Below, piece by piece: positions 61,201-64,000 of a stretch of DNA of 64,000 nt. Positions within the stretch are counted from its first letter, which is position 1. Each line of letters opens with the position of its first letter. The notes under the pieces were generated by a model. It saw only the letters and a list, made by a program, of their open reading frames with translations. It did not search any database and was not told the origin of the DNA. The stretch is from Nemertoderma westbladi (lineage: Eukaryota > Animalia > Xenacoelomorpha): NCBI GenBank assembly GCA_032718475.1, contig JAUCBJ010001385.1, positions 44,457 through 108,456 of the forward strand, read 5' to 3'. Made by a program: the position numbers and the translations under genes.

Positions 61201-64000
61201 CTTTACACGTTCAGTGCATGATATGTTCTTTACACGTTCAGTGCATGATCTGTCCTTTACACGTTCAGTGCATGATCATTCCTTTACACGTTCAGTGCAT
61301 GATATGTTCATTACACGTTCAGTGCATGATCTGTTCTTTATTTTACACGTTCAGTGCATGATCTGTCCTTTACACGTTCAGTGCATGATCTGATCTGTCC
61401 TTTACACGTTCAGTGCATGATCTGTCCTTTACACGTTCAGTGCATGATCTGTCCTTTACACGTTCAGTGCATGATCTGTTCTTTAGTTTACACGTTCAGT
61501 GCATGATCTGTTCTTTACTTTACACGTTCAGTGCATGATCTGTTCTTTACACATTCAGTGCATGATCTGTTCTTTACACGTTCAGTGCATGATCTGTTCT
61601 TTACTTTACACGTTCAGTGCATGATATGTTCTTTACACGTTCAGTGCATGATCTGTCCTTTACACGTTCAGTGCATGATCTGATCTTTACTTTACACGTT
61701 CTGTGCATGATCTGTTCTTTACACGTTCAGTGCATTATCTGATCTTTACACGTTCAGTGCATGATCTGTCCTTTACACGTTCAGTGCATGATCTGTCCTT
61801 TACACGTTCAGTGCATGATCTGTCCTTTACACGTTCAGTGCATGATCTGTCCTTTACACGTTCAGTGCATGATCTGTCCTTTACACGTTCAGTGCATGAT
61901 CTGTCCTTTACACGTTCAGTGCATGATCTGTCCTTTACACGTTCAGTGCATGATCTGTTCTTTACACGTTCAGTGCATGATCTGATCTTTACTTTACACG
62001 TTCAGTGCATGATCTGTTCTGTACACGTTCAGTGCATGATCTGATCTTTATTTTACACGTTCAGTGCATGATCTGTTCTTTACACGTTCAGTGCATGATC
62101 TGTCCTTTACACGTTCAGTGCATGATCTGTTCTTTACACTTCAGTGCATGATCTGTTCTTTACACGTTCAGTGCATGATCTGTTCTTTACTTTACACGTT
62201 CAGTGCATGATCTGTTCTTTACTTTACACGTTCAGTGCATGATCTGTCCTTTACACGTTCAGTGCATGATATGTTCTTTACACGTTCAGTGCATGATCTG
62301 TCCTTTACACGTTCAGTGCATGATCTGTCCTTTACACGTTCAGTGCATGATATGTTCTTTACTTTACACGTTCAGTGCATGATCTGTTCTTTACTTTACA
62401 CGTTCAGTGCATGATCTGTCCTTTACACGTTCAGTGCATGATATGTTCTTACTTTACACGTTCAGTGCATGATCTGTCCTTTACACGTTCAGTGCATGAT
62501 CATTCCTTTACACGTTCAGTGCATGATATGTTCATTACACGTTCAGTGCATGATCTGTTCTTTATTTTACACGTTCAGTGCATGATCTGTCCTTTACACG
62601 TTCAGTGCATGATCTGATCTGTCCTTTACACGTTCAGTGCATGATCTGTCCTTTACACGTTCAGTGCATGATCTGTCCTTTACACGTTCAGTGCATGATC
62701 TGTTCTTTAGTTTACACGTTCAGTGCATGATCTGTTCTTTACTTTACACGTTCAGTGCATGATCTGTTCTTTACACATTCAGTGCATGATCTGTTCTTTA
62801 CACGTTCAGTGCATGATCTGTTCTTTACTTTACACGTTCAGTGCATGATATGTTCTTTACACGTTCAGTGCATGATCTGTCCTTTACACGTTCAGTGCAT
62901 GATCTGATCTTTACTTTACACGTTCTGTGCATGATCTGTTCTTTACACGTTCAGTGCATTATCTGATCTTTACACGTTCAGTGCATGATCTGTCCTTTAC
63001 ACGTTCAGTGCATGATCTGTCCTTTACACGTTCAGTGCATGATCTGTCCTTTACACGTTCAGTGCATGATCTGTCCTTTACACGTTCAGTGCATGATCTG
63101 TCCTTTACACGTTCAGTGCATGATCTGTCCTTTACACGTTCAGTGCATGATCTGTCCTTTACACGTTCAGTGCATGATCTGTTCTTTACACGTTCAGTGC
63201 ATGATCTGTCCTTTACACGTTCAGTGCATGATCTGTCCTTTACACGTTCAGTGCATGATCTGTTCTTTACACGTTCAGTGCATGATATGTTCTTTACTTT
63301 ACGCGTTCAGTGCATGATCTGTTCTTTACTTTACACGTTCAGTGCATGATCTGTTCTTTACTTTACACGTTCAGTGCATGATCTGTTCTTTACTTTACAC
63401 GTTCAGTGCATGATCTGTTCTTTACACATTCAGTGCATGATCTGTTCTTTACACGTTCAGTGCATGATCTGTTCTTTACTTTACACGTTCAGTGCATGAT
63501 ATGTTCTTTACACGTTCAGTGCATGATCTGTCCTTTACACGTTCAGTGCATGATCTGATCTTTACTTTACACGTTCTGTGCATGATCTGTTCTTTACACG
63601 TTCAGTGCATTATCTGATCTTTACACGTTCAGTGCATGATCTGTCCTTTACACGTTCAGTGCATGATCTGTCCTTTACACGTTCAGTGCATGATCTGTCC
63701 TTTACACGTTCAGTGCATGATCTGTCCTTTACACGTTCAGTGCATGATCTGATCTGTCCTTTACACGTTCAGTGCATGATCTGTCCTTTACACGTTCAGT
63801 GCATGATCATTCCTTTACACGTTCAGTGCATGATCTGTCCTTTACACGTTCAGTGCATGATCTGATCTGTCCTTTACACGTTCAGTGCATGATCTGTCCT
63901 TTACACGTTCAGTGCATGATCTGTCCTTTACACGTTCAGTGCATGATCTGTCCTTTACACGTTCAGTGCATGATCTGTCCTTTACACGTTCAGGGCATGA
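55214..64000. repeat. 27/32-bp satellite, right part, >300 units, running off the window
   Basis: Same unit as 40630-41184, resuming in register after the TSD; higher-order blocks are present. Confidence 0.98.

Noticed and set aside
55241-63865. Dozens of MHDL../HVQCMIC.. ORFs (also at 40619-41232, 14928-15413 and 34753-37994)
   Set aside because: They are translations of satellite units and are broken wherever unit length changes.

Overview
AT-rich, intron-containing eukaryotic (invertebrate-animal-like) DNA, not prokaryotic. It holds four host genes. A 2-exon DUF4440/NTF2-like gene (minus strand, 145 aa) ends in a CaaX box. An 8-coding-exon inositol-3-phosphate synthase ISYNA1/INO1 (minus, 570 aa) is complete. 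BRIX1 (minus) has an intronless CDS. The first four exons of WDR59 (plus, GATOR2/SEA3) are present and its intron 4 runs off the window. Around them are RTE-type LINE fragments, a tRNA-derived SINE head, MITEs, Helitron/Helentron-like elements and many tandem arrays (36, 68, 21, 55, 44, 53, 70 and 27 bp units). The main feature is a young 14,029-bp BEL/Pao LTR retrotransposon (41185-55213, minus) with 538-bp LTRs and a TGATC target-site duplication, inserted in a 27-bp satellite. After pol it carries an array of about 16 small hairpins and an extra ~844-aa ORF (DEDDy/WRN-EXD-like 3'-5' exonuclease plus three CCHC knuckles) where env would sit. It has no tRNA-type PBS; instead a 9-nt tract complementary to its own LTR suggests self-priming. 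Two WDR59 introns also start with tandem amplifications of the exon end plus the 5' splice site. All family assignments come from motif recognition by eye, not database searches.
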